In this document: in pieces, positions 21,601 through 36,600 of the stretch
Layout of the letters: each line of letters starts with the position of its first letter
Position numbering within the stretch: position 1 is the first letter of the stretch
Origin: Callorhinchus milii
Lineage: Eukaryota
Assembly: GCF_018977255.1 (NCBI RefSeq)
Contig: NW_024705312.1
Span: 1-54,994 of the forward strand
DNA: 54,994 nucleotides
Reading direction: 5' to 3'
The notes under the pieces: model-generated
The model's input: the letters and a program-made list of their open reading frames with translations, nothing else
What the model was told of the DNA's origin: nothing
Database searches by the model: none
Position numbers and translations under genes: made by a program

Positions 21601-24600
21601 TCCGTCGGCTCATGGTTACAAGAGTCCCTGAGTCTGTGCCTTACCAGAAACAACGAGGAGATATGTGCAGACTAATTTTCTAGCTACTGCAGTAAAAGCA
21701 ACGGCCCAGTCATTGTCCTTAATGGTAGGGACAACCATAACGAGTCATCTATAACCATGGGCTCCGCATGTCGGTCGCTAAATACCCCTGAAAAACACAC
21801 GTGCGCCTTGATCGGATTCTGAGAGTTAATTCTTGGGGCGCGTGATGTAATTCTGTGAATCTTCCCCCTGTAAGTACATTCGGGGGTGCACTTGCCGCCC
21901 ACAAAGAGGTAATGCACAATTCTAACCTGACGGTGTGGAAGTTCCTTACCATTATGGCTGCTGCCATCCTGGGTGGCCCACCGGAATCCGCTGATATCGC
22001 TCTTCGTCAACCCAGGTATTTTAGGCGGGCCGGGCATAAGTCTCCATTTAGGCTTCTCTCGCTTCAAGGATCCTCACCCGGGCGTGTTGCTTAGCTCCTC
22101 TAACAATAGTAGCATGGAGCTTTACGATAGCGGCGCCGTGTAATGGCCCCGTTATAATAACGGCCCTTTTTAAAGTATGCGTTTGGTTAATTATGAGACT
22201 GTGTAAACACGTCGACAAATCGTACTTTATAGATCGCCTTGCTCTTTGCAAGGGGTGTTCGATCGCCACATCGACAGCGAGCGTGGCGAGGCATATCAAG
22301 TCGAACTATTGATCACGTCTTTCGCCGAAACATCTAGAGTATACAGTACATAATAATCCCCGGCTATTAGACAATATCTAGCAGGAGTGGTTAATGGTGC
22401 GCATAAATTCGGCCGGTGGCGCGCCACGGTCAAGGATTCAAAGCATGATAAGCCCCGCCCCGTCACAAAGAGCTCTTGAATGAATGAGACGAAGGCTTCC
22501 GGACAGTCCATAGGAATCGTTCCTTTCGGCTAAGCTAACGCGTGCAGAGCGATGTCGGTATGAACCTATATGTGCGCAAGAAGGGGTTTCAGGTAGGTGG
22601 AAATAACGCTCAACGTAATTATAACCTACCTACGTGCGTACAACACATTAACTAATTCCCTACGGGTACCTGGTTTAACGTTCTCTGGTAAAGACTATCC
22701 AAGCGTTGATGGCAATGCTTTTCTCAATCGCAGGGCGTCCCCATACCCGCATCTGTGTTTTTCACTGTAACGGTGCTTTATAACTCCCGGGTGTATTGCA
22801 GGTAGCATATAAGTTTCCTTGTAAGAGACGGGCTGGAGGATTTGATGAGTGCTGGTGATTACGCGATCGCTGCACAACCGGTAGGTTGATATTGACCCAA
22901 GGTAAGAAGCGGCCATACCTTACCGAACATTGGAAGGGAACTAACTACTTAACTGGGCCCTGTAACATTGGCTCAACATCCCGTAGTTATGATGTTCATC
23001 GCGCCGGTTTGTCCGATCTGCAGCGTATACTCTAGTAGAGATCGTTTTCACTGATATGTTTACCGATCTTATCCCTACTCTAATGGATGTAAACCAGAAG
23101 GATGCAACACGAAGTAAACCGCGTATATCGTGGTTAATCCGGGGCGGGCAGACGCGCAGTAGAAAAGAAAATATAACCGAACGGCTTCCATGCTAATCTG
23201 GTAAACCCAATCCCAACGTGTGATCCAGCGCGCTAAACTACGATAAACTTCAAAAAACCCAGTCTCTGTGAGAGGTTGTCATTGACGGAGCCCGAAGTAT
23301 CTTCTTGACTGCGGAGAGCTTACAGGGCCATAGTATAAGTCGTGTCGTCCCAAGGGGCGCGTTGGTAGCTACTGATGCCTGGGATCGAACTCGCAACGTG
23401 TACAAAGCGCGCGGGTTCCCCGGACAGGGCGCTGAGCGCCAATGGTCCCACAATGAGACACTCAAATCTGGCGTCGACGTCGGCGTCTTCGGACTCATTC
23501 TGGTGCTCTGTGCCCGCGGTTCTTACTTACCAGATGAGTGATAAAATGGTTCTGTGTTAGAAAGATGTCCTTAACTTTGCGCGCGCTAAGGCGGCCGGCC
23601 TCAGAGGAGTCCAAACGGGCAACGCTACATTAGATATGAATTCCGCCTAGGAGATTGCAAGACGCACACACTCCGCAGCATGTTAAGTAGCTGATATATC
23701 TGCAGGGGAAGCCATGTCTCCAAACTCCTGCTTTTTGGAAAAAGTTTCGCGAGTTCTTTACCCTATAATGTTCTAGAGACGATAGCGAGAAACGTATTAG
23801 TGGAAAAAGACTCGTAGTGACAGATTTTCACTAGCGGTGAGTCGATATATTATATGCGGATGGTAGGATTCAAGCCCTGGAACGATACAATACGGCGCCC
23901 CAGAGATTAGAATTTCCTTGGACAGAGACGCCGTCTTTCCAGAGCGAATTGCGGATAGATCAAGCCAAATTGCCGATGCAAAGACCTAGTTTGGCCGAGT
24001 TGTGAATTTTAGATCGGCAAAGTTAGTCGAGGGTCTACGTTGCCGGCTAGATTGTCTCGGTATGAAACCCATACCGTTAAGGAAGTGACAAGTTTGACGG
24101 AACAGGGTGTTCCACACAAGCCCACGGCACATGTCATTCTCATTCCTACCCACAACTAAAGTATTCATAGTGAAGTATCGATAACAGGGTAACAGAGTTG
24201 TCGTGTTCTTGTGGTCGGAGTCGCACAGCAATAAGTGAAGAGGCATTGGACACACCAATTATGTAAGAACGATCATAGTGTAAGGTGCTTGCACTGCCTG
24301 AGGACCGCATAGGTAAAGCGCTAGACTTGAGTAGCTAGGGTTAATATCACAGTTGTAAACAATCAGGGAACGAAATCGTCTTGTAAACCAACTACCTGAT
24401 ATTGATCAGTACCGAGGCATAGGGGTGACTTTCCAACCGAAAACAAAAGGGGAAGCTGAATGTGAGGATGTGATCCACGACGATTTACACCCAGCTTGTT
24501 TCTTCCGCCCGGGGCCTGATCCCCGATCCGTCGTGCCACCGCAGTCGAGTTTCAAGTACACGCTTAGCAGTGGTGTCGTTCCCATAATACCAACGGGTCG

Positions 24601-27600
24601 GCTAATCCAATCACACCCCTTCTGCGATCGAACCGAAATTGAGACGTGGATGAAGAGAACATTCATAGAGATTTACACAACCCGCAATGTTGACTTTGTG
24701 GCGACCCACGTTGTATTACCCTTGCTGTTCCCGTCTACTTCTACCGGACATGCTGACCAAGGCCAGGTTTGTTCTAACGTCCCAGTTAAGCAATTTTTAC
24801 GCCATTAGCGCCACACAACAAACCCGGGTGAAATATCGCCGGACTGCGGGGAACCGCGATTCAGTGACACTATAGGGGTAACTGGTAATAGCTTGGACAT
24901 TGTTTATCATCTTATTGTAGGCTAAATGCTGTTCCCGATGGAAATGGATACGTCTCGAGGGAGACCTGATCGCACGAGAGGATCGTTACATGCAGGATGT
25001 GTAGCCACCATCAATATCAAGCGCCCTTATCTAAAAGGATCCCACGAAAAGGCGGGTACTTCGTTAGTGCGTCAGAGCATGCTGCCTTGCTGTATCCCAG
25101 CGTGTGAGATCCGGATCGAACAAGCAGATAAACATTGTTACAAACAGTAATCAATTCTCGATGCTATATTTGAACGTCCTTAGGCTATGAGGATTCACGT
25201 TCGGATTTCGGCGCTTGCAAGCCGACCCATTTTGTCATCGTCCTTGTGCTCAACCGTCTACGTAATTGGTAGGATTAGGGGGCCCTGCAGCTGCACATCC
25301 AGTCCTTTCCTATGCACAATATGCGTATACTATTCCTGACAAGTCCTGCTGTCCGAATCGGTTTAGGCCAGTACTTGGTCGTGACCGAACCCTGGCATGT
25401 GTATATATCGTAAAGGGATCTAGGTACTGATTCGGCAACCTGAAGTGATGAAGATTCAGCTCTGATACGTGGTGTTCCGCCCGACGCCCCGGCGACCTTA
25501 GGCACATGCGCTCGGTGAATAAACAGCTGAACTGACTGTTCATAGCGGAGAGGGCTCGGCCGAGTCGGTTGAATCGCAGACGCGGTTTAAGTGTTATGCG
25601 CACCCCGGACACAGAAGTAACCCATTGACACCTTTTGCTGTTACAGCCTGTGAGTGATCCCTGGATGTGATGATAAAAATGGAGTGCCAGGCCTTACGTT
25701 GCCCTGGGTTGGGTACCACCTTGGAAGCCCGCCGAAGCTCTAAGACTCCGAAGGAGGCTATAATAGCTTTCTGAAACTCGGCAACAAACTAAGATTGTAA
25801 CCCAGATATCACCGTCTACACCTATGTGCGCACGGCAGATTTAGTCGCGTTGATATTGCATCGGATTTTCGCCTGACTAGGCGATGACCCAGTTACGTTC
25901 GCATTGGCTACCTCAACAGCCGATTGAAGAAGCCGTGTTAGTCGGAACTTGTGAACATTGGGCGCGATTGCAGACATCCTGGACCGTTTCTTAGGACTTA
26001 CGCGTATACACCCAGTAACATTTCTATTTTCCTCCTTCTGCCCATCAAGAGTTCTCACGGAGTCCCTCGTCGACGACGAACGACCGACCTTTAGTTCAGG
26101 ATGTTACTGGCCAAGACAGGTCGTTCAGCATTCGTAAACGCCGGTGGACATCAGTTGGAGTAGCCTCCATCGTACGTTTCGCGGGAAAGAAAACGAGCAG
26201 TCGTAGAAGATGCTGCTGTGCTGTACTTGTGTCGACGAAATCTGGAGCGACATTCGAGCTGTCAGGTTGAGTTCCTTTTCGTTGCATCCTGATCGGCCAT
26301 TGATGGGCGCAGAGGCCGACATCAATACTAGGGACGAACCCCTAATAACAGAGATTGAACTCCTGCTAGAGGGGTAGCGGTGAAGTGAAGACGCACTAGT
26401 TCCGTGTATAAGGGGTATTATAGGGTCGGTGATCCTGGAGGTGATGTACATAGTGCATCTGAGTAGGGCATATCCCGGCCTTACCATAGAGGTGGTACGA
26501 AGAGCGTTAGAAGACCCGGGCACTGGGCCGATGAATATGCACGATTAAGCCGGTGGGCATGCTGTTCCTCATCACCCGGTTCTTCATTGATTACAGGATT
26601 GTCGAGGTTAATCGCTCTGTTACAGAACGAGAGGCTGAGGTAATTGTATCCACATAATTCAACAGACCGCGATTGGCTTGTAATTTCATCAGACTCAATA
26701 ATGGCTAACAAGATGTCTTATACGCGGACACGCCCCAGGGCAGACCCTGGGGGTACAGTACAGAGGAGACATTTGGCCCAGCCGGAGTGGCCCAAGCAGA
26801 GATACGGCGGGGGCGAATCAGGTTGTTTTAAGGTATCGATAGCGCAAATCCGCCAGTCTGAGGTTCGGACTTTCTTTCGGGGTAACGGTTCTATTGATGT
26901 CGCGGGATAATATCACATCAAACTAGATCCGCGAGTTTTAGAACAAGGGAAGGCACCACTCACGGAGGCTTGGTCTGGGCGGGTTGCCTCTAAACGACTC
27001 CCTATGACATTCTCACTTAAGCTCGACGAGTTACCTGAAGGCGCGCAGTTGCCAGACAACTGCTGCATGCTAACCATAAAGCTGAGCGCGAGTAGCAGAA
27101 GTGTGTCCGAATTTATCCTCATCTATGCCATGTAGAGTCCAGGGGGAGGACTATATTTTGGAAGGGAGCTTGATTAACGACGGTCTAAGCCCCTTCGGTG
27201 GGGCTTAGATGATCTCAGTGTTAGAAGGAGTCTTCTTTCGCACGTGAATAAAGGTTGCGGTTGCGAGAGGCTGACTCAATCCCAGTGAAACGTGGGAGAC
27301 ATTTTGGTGTTGAGGGATCTTTGAACGGTTGGTTCAACGATGCTTAACAGGAGCACCACAGAGCTGCGGACAGCTATTTGCTTTGGTGAGTCTGCGCGTG
27401 ATATATTCGGGGCCGCCAGCGTCCTGAGTGTGCGGGGGAGTCCTATCATGTGCTCCGAGGAATGGTACTAGTCAGTAGTGCCTTAGTCCTGGATGTTCTC
27501 TGGGGTTTGCTGCACCAGAATTGGACATTTCGGCGACATAAAGTAAAACTCGCAGTGCCCGCAGCCTTATTACTTCATATCATCAAAGTGGTGGCTGATT

Positions 27601-30600
27601 TGAAGGTTGTCCCATATTAAATCTAAAATAGATACGGACGTAACCGTCGAGCGCACACTGAATCCCGTTACTAAAGCGTCTCGACTTCATGCTGGTCTTC
27701 TCCAAGCCCGGTGCAGCCTGACATGCTAAAGAAGCGTTTGACCCCTCTAAGGTCAAAGCCTATCACTTCAGGCCCCCAAAATTTTCCTCAGCGGGGATTA
27801 ACTTCTATCCGAAGCTTCTTTGACATTAAACATGGCCGAGGACCGCCATCCTTTTCTACGCAAAATGGCCTAGTCCAAGTATAGCAGTTCCCACCAGTAG
27901 GCAGATGCTTGACAGAAACCCATGTAGACTACCTGGAGGGAACTGGTGTACACCCCCCTGCTTGGCTTTCACGACGTAATCGAACCTATGGGCTATAAGT
28001 TTAGTTCCACACAGAAAGGTTCGGTTGCCTGCAGTAACGCCTCAAAGTAATCCCGAGTATATGATAGTGAATACTTGCAACACATTATTCGAGTGTAGCG
28101 ACATTTCTGGGCGTAACCTCCGACCATCCACCCATGAAAACGTAGATTGGTTCGCATCGCCCAAAATGCTAATGATAGTCTTCGGTAACATAGGACCCGA
28201 TACGTCAGGAGAGGGCGTCCCCATCTCGTCTACCAAGGATCTCCGAACGTAATGTCTTAAACTATAGTCTTCGTACAATTGAACGATTCTAATATCATCA
28301 CTGACATGCCCAACAGCGAATCGGAGATAAACAGAACTTGAAGAGCGCGCGTTCACTAATGTTATATCGTATTGATTTCCTCTACGCGTATCTGACAACC
28401 TCAAGTTTAATTCTACATGAAGCTAGTGATGAGGGTTCCATTCCCGCAAAACAATTAAAATTTAACTTGAGCTACGTGGGCGGAAGATATAAGTTAAAGC
28501 AACGGGCCCATCTTGCGAACCCAATCGGATCTGAGCATGGAAGAGACACTCAACTTTCGGGGTGACAGTCGGCAATAGACTGCGTTCCGTACGTTGAGCA
28601 GGGTGCGAGTGGCATTATAATACAAGGCTTGAGAACCCGCTAAAGCGATGGTATTTACGAAGGGGTCCTCGTGTGATTAGGGAGATGGCAGTAATGATAG
28701 CTCCAGCCAAGCATTCGTACTTTTGTAAGGTTGAAAGTTAATGCCCAGCACCTGCCACGTGTAAATCGCAGCTAGTTTACTGGTTGATCGAGAAAGACAT
28801 TGTACCATTCGGAGAGCTCCCACGGCATCACGCAGTGTCCAAACGTATCGTTAGTGGTGAATCCGTATGAAGCCCGAATGGACCCCAAGCGTGGTAACCT
28901 GAGTCCATGCTCGACGAACCCCTTGCATTAAGAATGTGCACGTCAAGAATCTGGACCTGTTCCATACGTACTGGCCAAGGCTAGCTGCCGCGGTACTTAC
29001 CAACGTATATGAATTGGACAGCGTAGGAAGTGCTCCGGTAACAAGCAACTGAAGATTGATTGCATGTTCATTGGGGTCACACATATACGGATTGCCGTCC
29101 ATTTAATCATCTTATAGGTAGCGATTATTCTAAATTATGGCAGTGTCCACTCGGAACTCTACCACTCTCCACTGTGCAGAAGATGCGCACAAATCCGGTC
29201 ATGCCTGCGGCCCAAGTGCCGGCGAACATATACAAGGTATAGTGAATGCCCCTTCATCTAGATTCGGTCACGGGGACAGTCGGCCGTCATACAGTACACA
29301 ATAAACCAGCAAGTGCGAGGCAGCGGTTTGATCCGGACAGAGGGCGCGTAAATCTCCGTCAAATGGTCTCAACCTATAGTCACAAAAAAAGATGCTCGGG
29401 CAAGCTAGGTAACGGGTAGTCTGATTACGGAACGCTCGGCACCATGTTCCGATTAATCAAAGTTTCCACGACTAAGTATTTAAAACTTCCTGTTTGCAAC
29501 ACGGCGCGCCGGAACGTGCTAGTTCTTCTTTTTAATGGACTTAAGGCAGCTGCTAGATTAGTGCCCTTGTGAATTCTCCACTGGCAAGAGATAGGCCGGC
29601 TTCGGTGGATATCAGTTTGGTCCATGTGAGAGGCACCTTACAGATGGCCATTGTGATGGAGAGCCGTCCCTCAGGAACCAGTAGCGCCGTTCTCATGGCC
29701 AGCAAGCTTCCCAGGACGCACATCCCGCTTAGGGGCGAATGATTGGGGAGGTAGCGGGACGGTTTTATGCAAAGACACAAGCATAAAAACAATATACGGG
29801 TATTCCCGGCGGTCACGATGAGAATCGAGCATATTTCTCAAAATGCTTATCTTCGCTTGAAAGTTACTCTCCGTGACGTATTACTTTTATAGGGAGGCTC
29901 AGCTCCCCTATTTACGCAGTTGCCCAAACTTGGATCTATCGTTGACGTATATCGATTGGGGGACAATAACGAAGATACCCAGACTACGAACTCTCAGCGG
30001 GCTGCGCTTATTACATGTACAGTGGACGTAATTCCAATAGGCGGAGCCGTATGTAAAGTTCTGGAGCTCCTGCACCGTTGGGGAGGCTTACTTTCTGGAT
30101 TGCGCCACGTCGGGAGGCCCCGTCCGCGGCCACTGCGGGAGTGGATGGCGCGTGTTGTAAGTTCGATTTAGGGAATTCATAATCCTTATCTACCTAGAGG
30201 ACTTGACCACGGAAAAATGGTGATTGCGGTACCCACCGTTTTGTCAATAGTTAGACGCTGCGTAATCGCTAAGAAATATATGCAGTCCCGCGGGATCTAA
30301 TTCAGGAATTTCGAGCACACCCGCTCTCCTGACACCGTCTGTGGAATATCTTACCTGTCCCACCGGTATGAGGTAGATTATTGATGAGTTGAAACCACCC
30401 GGAATTCAGGTTGTCACGCCTGGGCTGGTTCTGGCAATAGGAGATAGGCCATGTGACGTCAATGAGCAACATACCACCTGGTGGAGGTAATGTCGGCCTA
30501 GATTCTACCGACCTTGTTTTCCAGGTAGCGGAGGTGGCAGCGTGCGACAATCACGCCAGGATTGTTGAGCGAAGGTTCCGAGGTATTTAGTCGACGCTAC

Positions 30601-33600
30601 AATGTTCACGGGGAGTGATTCAGCATATGGGCTGTGTTGGCTATGATGCAAGCTGAAGTATCGCCTTGGATGACTATCAAGTGTGAGGCCATGGTGGTTC
30701 ATGATTACACTGGGCTGCTTGCCGGACTATGACTACATCCATCCTAAGGTTATTCACGTGAAGGCTGTATGCAATACGCCGCAATAGCAGCGTATGAGCG
30801 GAGCAATAAGGATCGCTATTCATCCGCGGCGCCTGTATCCCACCCTCCTACTATGCTGCTACGCTCCCTAAAACAGCCCCTTCCGACGTGACCAACGCTT
30901 GCGGGGAGGCTGTTACCCTTCGCGTGCGCATCCTGCGTTACGTATTTAATCAGAGCTTAGATCCAGCGCCCATTTATAAATAATAGACGGAGGCTGTCCG
31001 CCAACTGGACGTTGAGATAACGCGGTTATCTAAGCGAGGATCTCAGCCTGCCTATAAGAATGTCCTCATTGGACTTGGCAAACCTGAGCAAACCTTCTCC
31101 ACGCTGAGCTAATTAAAGGCGAGCATACCGATATTTACTCGGTCTGCGTATTGGGAGTTTGTAGATATCCTAGATTCTTGTCAATACCAATATAGTGTAT
31201 CCCGGAGTGCCCACACTAGCCCGTAGACAATTGGCAAATCCTCCGCTGAGTTTATGTGAGCGCCACACGTAAGTATTCTGGTTGCACGGCACGATCAATC
31301 GTGTGACCCGGGTCGTTCTCGAGCCTGAATGGGTAGCGTAACGCAATCGCACAGGTCCGGGAATACTGGTTGTTAGTACCCATACACTGAGATAGGAGCC
31401 CTTATCTTAACCACAAGGGTGGTGTTTCAGAGTGCGATCTTACACAGTGGTAATGTGGGGTGTTTGCTTGCTCGTGTTGATCCGACAGCGTCGCTGCGTA
31501 TGTTAAGGTCGAATGGAATTTAACATGGCCCCGCGTAGAATTGTCGGTTTAATACGGTAGATAGGCTAAGAATTATATCCAACATTTCTATTAACGAACA
31601 TCGATGGTATGGGTTTGGAGTGAGTGCGCTTAGTTTGTGAGGTCGGCGTTTCAACTGCTGTGCTATAAGAATCTGGGCTAAGATTGTGACGCTTGGGCTC
31701 TAGCTACATGGAAGTGTCCCCCGCGAAGAGCTCGCATTTCTTTAGGCAGTACCATCCTTCCGTTAACAATGATTATCTGGAGCGTGATAGGAATGCCAAT
31801 CGATGCGAGGCAACGGTAGAGGCGGCGGGCAGGATAGGCCGTTCATGTAGTTCCTCCCAGGACGTTTGCCCGTGAGGGTAAATTATGGTGCGTAGACACT
31901 CTAATCCTAACTGAGGTATAAGGGCCCCTACAAGATCAGCCTCAGCCGACGTGAATAGATACAAAGAGTGTCTAGGGTCTTGATAAAACTTCGAAGCCCT
32001 TGCGCTCACTCTATAACCTTATACACGACCCGAACTGCTTCGCGCATACCGACATTCGGACATAGATCACATAGACTGGAGCTGCCGTAACCACGACGTG
32101 CTCAATTCCCCGAACTCGTTCTAAGACACATCTTGAACGAGTTGTGTGTAACGGGCTCTGTGTCAAGACGGCTCCCAATGCAAGTTGGGGGGGAGTAGGC
32201 TCAGAGCCTTAAGAGTGCCACCGGCTGAGCACCCTAGGGATTTTAAATAGTCCCGTCTTCCCGCATGTTGGATTTCCTATCAAGTGCGTCGAACAGAAGT
32301 ATTCAATGCACATACACCACAAGCGTGGCCTGGATTTCAGAGCGCCCTGCGAATGGCGCATTGGGCTGTCTAAAGACGTATGGTGCTAGCTTGCGTAGAA
32401 CCTTATGCGTCCCTGAGGATGCCGAATCATAGTTCCAGCACGCTATCCTCAGAGTAGATCAATGTTCGACGAGACCGGTAAGACCCCGCGTTTCTTGTTT
32501 AAGAAGCCACTTTGAGGCAAGTCTAACTAGCGATTATTCACAACTGGATAACGAGGTGGGACTTGTTGGGTGAAGGAACAACATGTCATTGCAATAATGT
32601 TACCTGATGAGCTATCGGCTCTCAGGGTCCACCGGCCACGGGCATATTCTAAGGGCGGCGTTCAAGTAGCACTTCCATCGGGACTCTGTAGGCTCAGGAC
32701 ATCCCTGTTACATCCTATATATAGTACGAGCACCGCCTTAAGTGGTTCCTCAATTGCCGCATGACGATGGATATTTCATACTAGTGAACTAACCGTACAA
32801 CGTCGACATACCGCTGCACCACAGACCCTCCGAGCTTTTGACACGCAGAGCAGAGTGCGACCCGTGTTGAAGTGTATACGAGACTGATCGGGTGTGAATT
32901 CGGAGTAGCACTCCGTACTCTTGAGCGAGGACTAGACACTAACCACGCATGAGGGATTTGAGCGAAGACTCGTTTGACAGCTGCCTTCCAATTGGGGCTT
33001 ATGGAGCCGAGGTGCTAACCTTATCGCACATCGTTCTAACGAGTAAAGTCTTTAGACCCCTAAGGTGAGGGCCTTGTTAGTAGGTTCAAACGATGGCTCA
33101 TGGAAGTTTACCCGGCCTTATCAGTTGGGACTCAAGTGACGGGAACGGGCCCCACTCGATTGAATGTTTTTCCTATTGGAGATTCAGAGGGCTAGACAAT
33201 GTGTGTGGTACTTCTTGTGCCTGACTCCCGGATCTAAGTCGCGGTGTCGCCTAGGGCGTTTGGGCAGTGATTTGAGGCATACTGCGAGAGGCAAATTGGA
33301 CTACAGACAAGGACGGCCACCATGGTCTGAGCACGCCAGCAAACAGGTAAATATAGGGTGCTACTCCAGGCCTCTGAGTAGCGTCACCGGGTAGCGGTCT
33401 GAATCTAAACCCCAATTAAATAACTTCACTTCGCATCAGCGGTACATCATACCACTATATGTTCTGAAGGGAACGGGTACCTCAAGAGCGACTCTCATTA
33501 GCCAGCCGTGAGGTGTGTCGGGTCTAGAAGTAACTTGTCACTTATCATGCTATGTCAAAGGCTGCTTTGCCTGTAGACGGGGGCCGCCGCGGATGAGAGG

Positions 33601-36600
33601 AGTAATTCTCGTTGCCTATATTGCCAAGGTTTGGCTGGTGTACACTGGACACGTATGCCTACATCCAGATGTCACGACAGCAAAAAATGAGGAGTAGTGC
33701 TGGGTTCTGATACGCCTTGCAGCGACGGGTTTTTCGGTCGTTGCGTTACGAAATGTCCCACTCGCGCCAACTGTGTTGGCGTTGTATAAATCAGGCTAGA
33801 CCGAGAGATTCTTGTTTATTAACGAAGACCCGATCAGCCGTAGGTGAAACCTGCTGGCTTGCGTGGCGTGCCCTGAAGGCCCTCTCGTTATGTGTATGGC
33901 ATCAGCGGAAGCCGTGAAGGAGGCCCATTAGTCGCACGAACACTGGCTTGGCATCACACATCAACTATCTGGCAGTCAAAGAATTAAAATGTCATTTGCA
34001 GATCCAGACAAATCATGGACACGAATAAGGTATATACGATAATGTACGTTGGAATACAGAGGGTAGGAACACTGTACGCGGGGTGATTGAGTACACCCCC
34101 CCCTATGGGTCAATTCATAAAGGATTTTAAAACTTTTGACACCGATCGAACGCTACAACGGTTCTGCCCTAGTAGTTGATCGGGGGGACCCCGTTATGCA
34201 GCCCCTGGGGATTTATCGAATGCAATATTGGCGACGAGGACTCAGTTATACAAGTCAAATTATACCGAACACGTAAATTTTAAATTGATAACGTCAGGCG
34301 TTTTTATTCATTAATCCGTCTATATCCGCAGTTGAACGGAAAGACATACGTGCTCTCTTGAGACGTGTCTAGAGCATCGGTCCAAGTTCGGGTGCCCAGT
34401 TCACCGCCGCGGTTCTTGGCTTAAATCGGTGGGTCCCAGTTACGGAGATCTGAACAAGGTGTTCCATATGTTTCGTAACGCTTTTAGCGTTCCATCTCGC
34501 ATAAGGAATCATGGGTAACCATGAAACGGTCACAACGTATGCTATTGAGGACCCGACTTGAAATCATCTATCTCATGCGTATGTTAGTGAAGATCACAGG
34601 TGTGTATGTGGGTGCCCTGTATAAGCCGTCAATTGGGATAAGAACTGTAAGATGGTAACGACCGTGAACTCCACAGCTAAATATAAAACGATTAAGTGAT
34701 ATAGAATCGGACCGATACATCAGAATCATAACTTGAGCAACGCACGGCATGCGCCCCGAGGATGAATATAGAGTCATTGGCTCGAGGGGGTGACTTATAC
34801 TGAGGGTGGCATTTTGTCGACCCCAAATAGATTGTTCTAAGATAGAAAGGTACCTAGATTTCCTCGAGAGTTAACACACTTAGATAAATAGACTGTTGTA
34901 CAGGACATGTAAATCCGTGTTACGAAGGATCCGCTGTGTTTTAAATGGTTCGGAGTGAGTCCTTAGACAGAGCAACGAAGGCCACGGTATCCAGCGCAAC
35001 AATAGAGATCGTGGGGACAACAACATGAATATGGCGTAGTAGAATGGAAATAGGTGCGGAGACGACCCGGATTCTAAACTTGCCACCGGCGGATTACGAC
35101 CGGTTGTGGATTCAAGCGGTGAGACCCTCGTAGCGTCTCTCTGGGCCGCTTGCTCTGCATGACAGTCAGGACGGTATATACCCTCCCGGATAAGCCTTGA
35201 TGGAGGACTAGAAAAAACACGGTGGTGACCGATTTGGCATCCGACGCCCGGCTGCGACGATCGGAATAGACGACGGTAGATGACTTACGCCAATGAGTCA
35301 ACGTCGACTCGATCGCGTTCTGCAAAATACAAAAATTGTCAGGGGATATACGGCCATGTACTGTGAGACAACAATTCCCCCTCCAGGACTTTCCGCGTTC
35401 TAATAGCAAATAGAGGAGAAGAAATAGTTTGTAAATAGGATGTCGGCTGTGTACTGGCCTAAGCGTTTTGGTATCGGTGCTAGTAATCTTGTTATTCTGT
35501 GCCACAAGAACGTATATGTGTAGCAAGCAGCACTTACAACCATTGGCAGCATACCATGCTGCGCGTCTCTCATATACCTGACTGGAAGCTGTCCGTGTCA
35601 AGGGCTTCAGAAATGTAGGGGTAAACCGTGGCCAGGCGCGCTAACTGGATTGATTGCTGACTATCTATAAAGATCGGATGGAAAATGCGTCGAGGAGGTG
35701 TTGGGTCCCCGACATCATTAGCACTTTTGTCCTGAAGAGGTCATCTATGTACACGCGGGCTCAGGAAGTTCGGGTTAGACGTCGCCCCGTCTTTGCCTTT
35801 CCAATAGATCGTCACGAGCCAACGAAATTGGACATAACTCTTTCGCATGCGTCGTTAGAGAACCAGGTGCCATGGCGCGCGGAACCGCCAAAATACACGA
35901 CCAATGGCTTTATGGATCTATCACTCGGATCCTTTGGTCGAAGTCAAATCAAGGTCGGGTAAACTACTTGACTCTCACTGAGGATGTGGGCGCGCGCAGC
36001 GTGCCCACTGCACATGATCACAGCGTATGGGGACACGTGTAAAGTCTAACAGCCGTCCTACGTGCGGCGCTCCGAGACACGTTGATGAAATGATATTGCA
36101 TTGTTTTTGTGTTCGACAACATCCGTCCCATCTCGAAGAAGAGAATCCAGAGCTAATCGTAGACTACCATGCTCACGCTGGGTAGTACGGACCAAGGGGG
36201 AACGGGTGCCGAAGGTTGGTCAGGTGACCTCTTATCCATGGCGAGGATTAGTGGGATTAGCCAAAAGTGTGTGGCGCGGGGCCGCGGGACGTAGGGCGAG
36301 AAATACGAACATGTATAAGTTACCGCACCATTATTACCACGGTAAACCATTACCATATAGAATGTTATCGGACGGCCTGGGAGGCGATCTCACGTGCCGC
36401 TCTAACTGGGGCGCCTTCTTTTAGCAGAACCTGATACGTAGTTGTAAATGACTCCTCTGTGAATAGTGCTTTAGCCGCCCCGCACGAAAAAACACCTACC
36501 TTTGACATCACGCCGATATCAGGTCAAATACTAACTCGTATGAGGCGGAGTGGGGTCCCTTTGCTGGAGGAAAAAAGTCATTATCGCTGTCGTGGGACCG

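Noticed and set aside
26733..26752. 8-bp hairpin CCCCAGGG-caga-CCCTGGGG
   Set aside because: Several are expected by chance in a block this size.
27184..27209. Perfect 10-bp hairpin TCTAAGCCCC-ttcggt-GGGGCTTAGA as a terminator or origin
   Set aside because: No U-tract or associated gene. About 0.2 such stems are expected by chance in 27 kb, so one is not persuasive.
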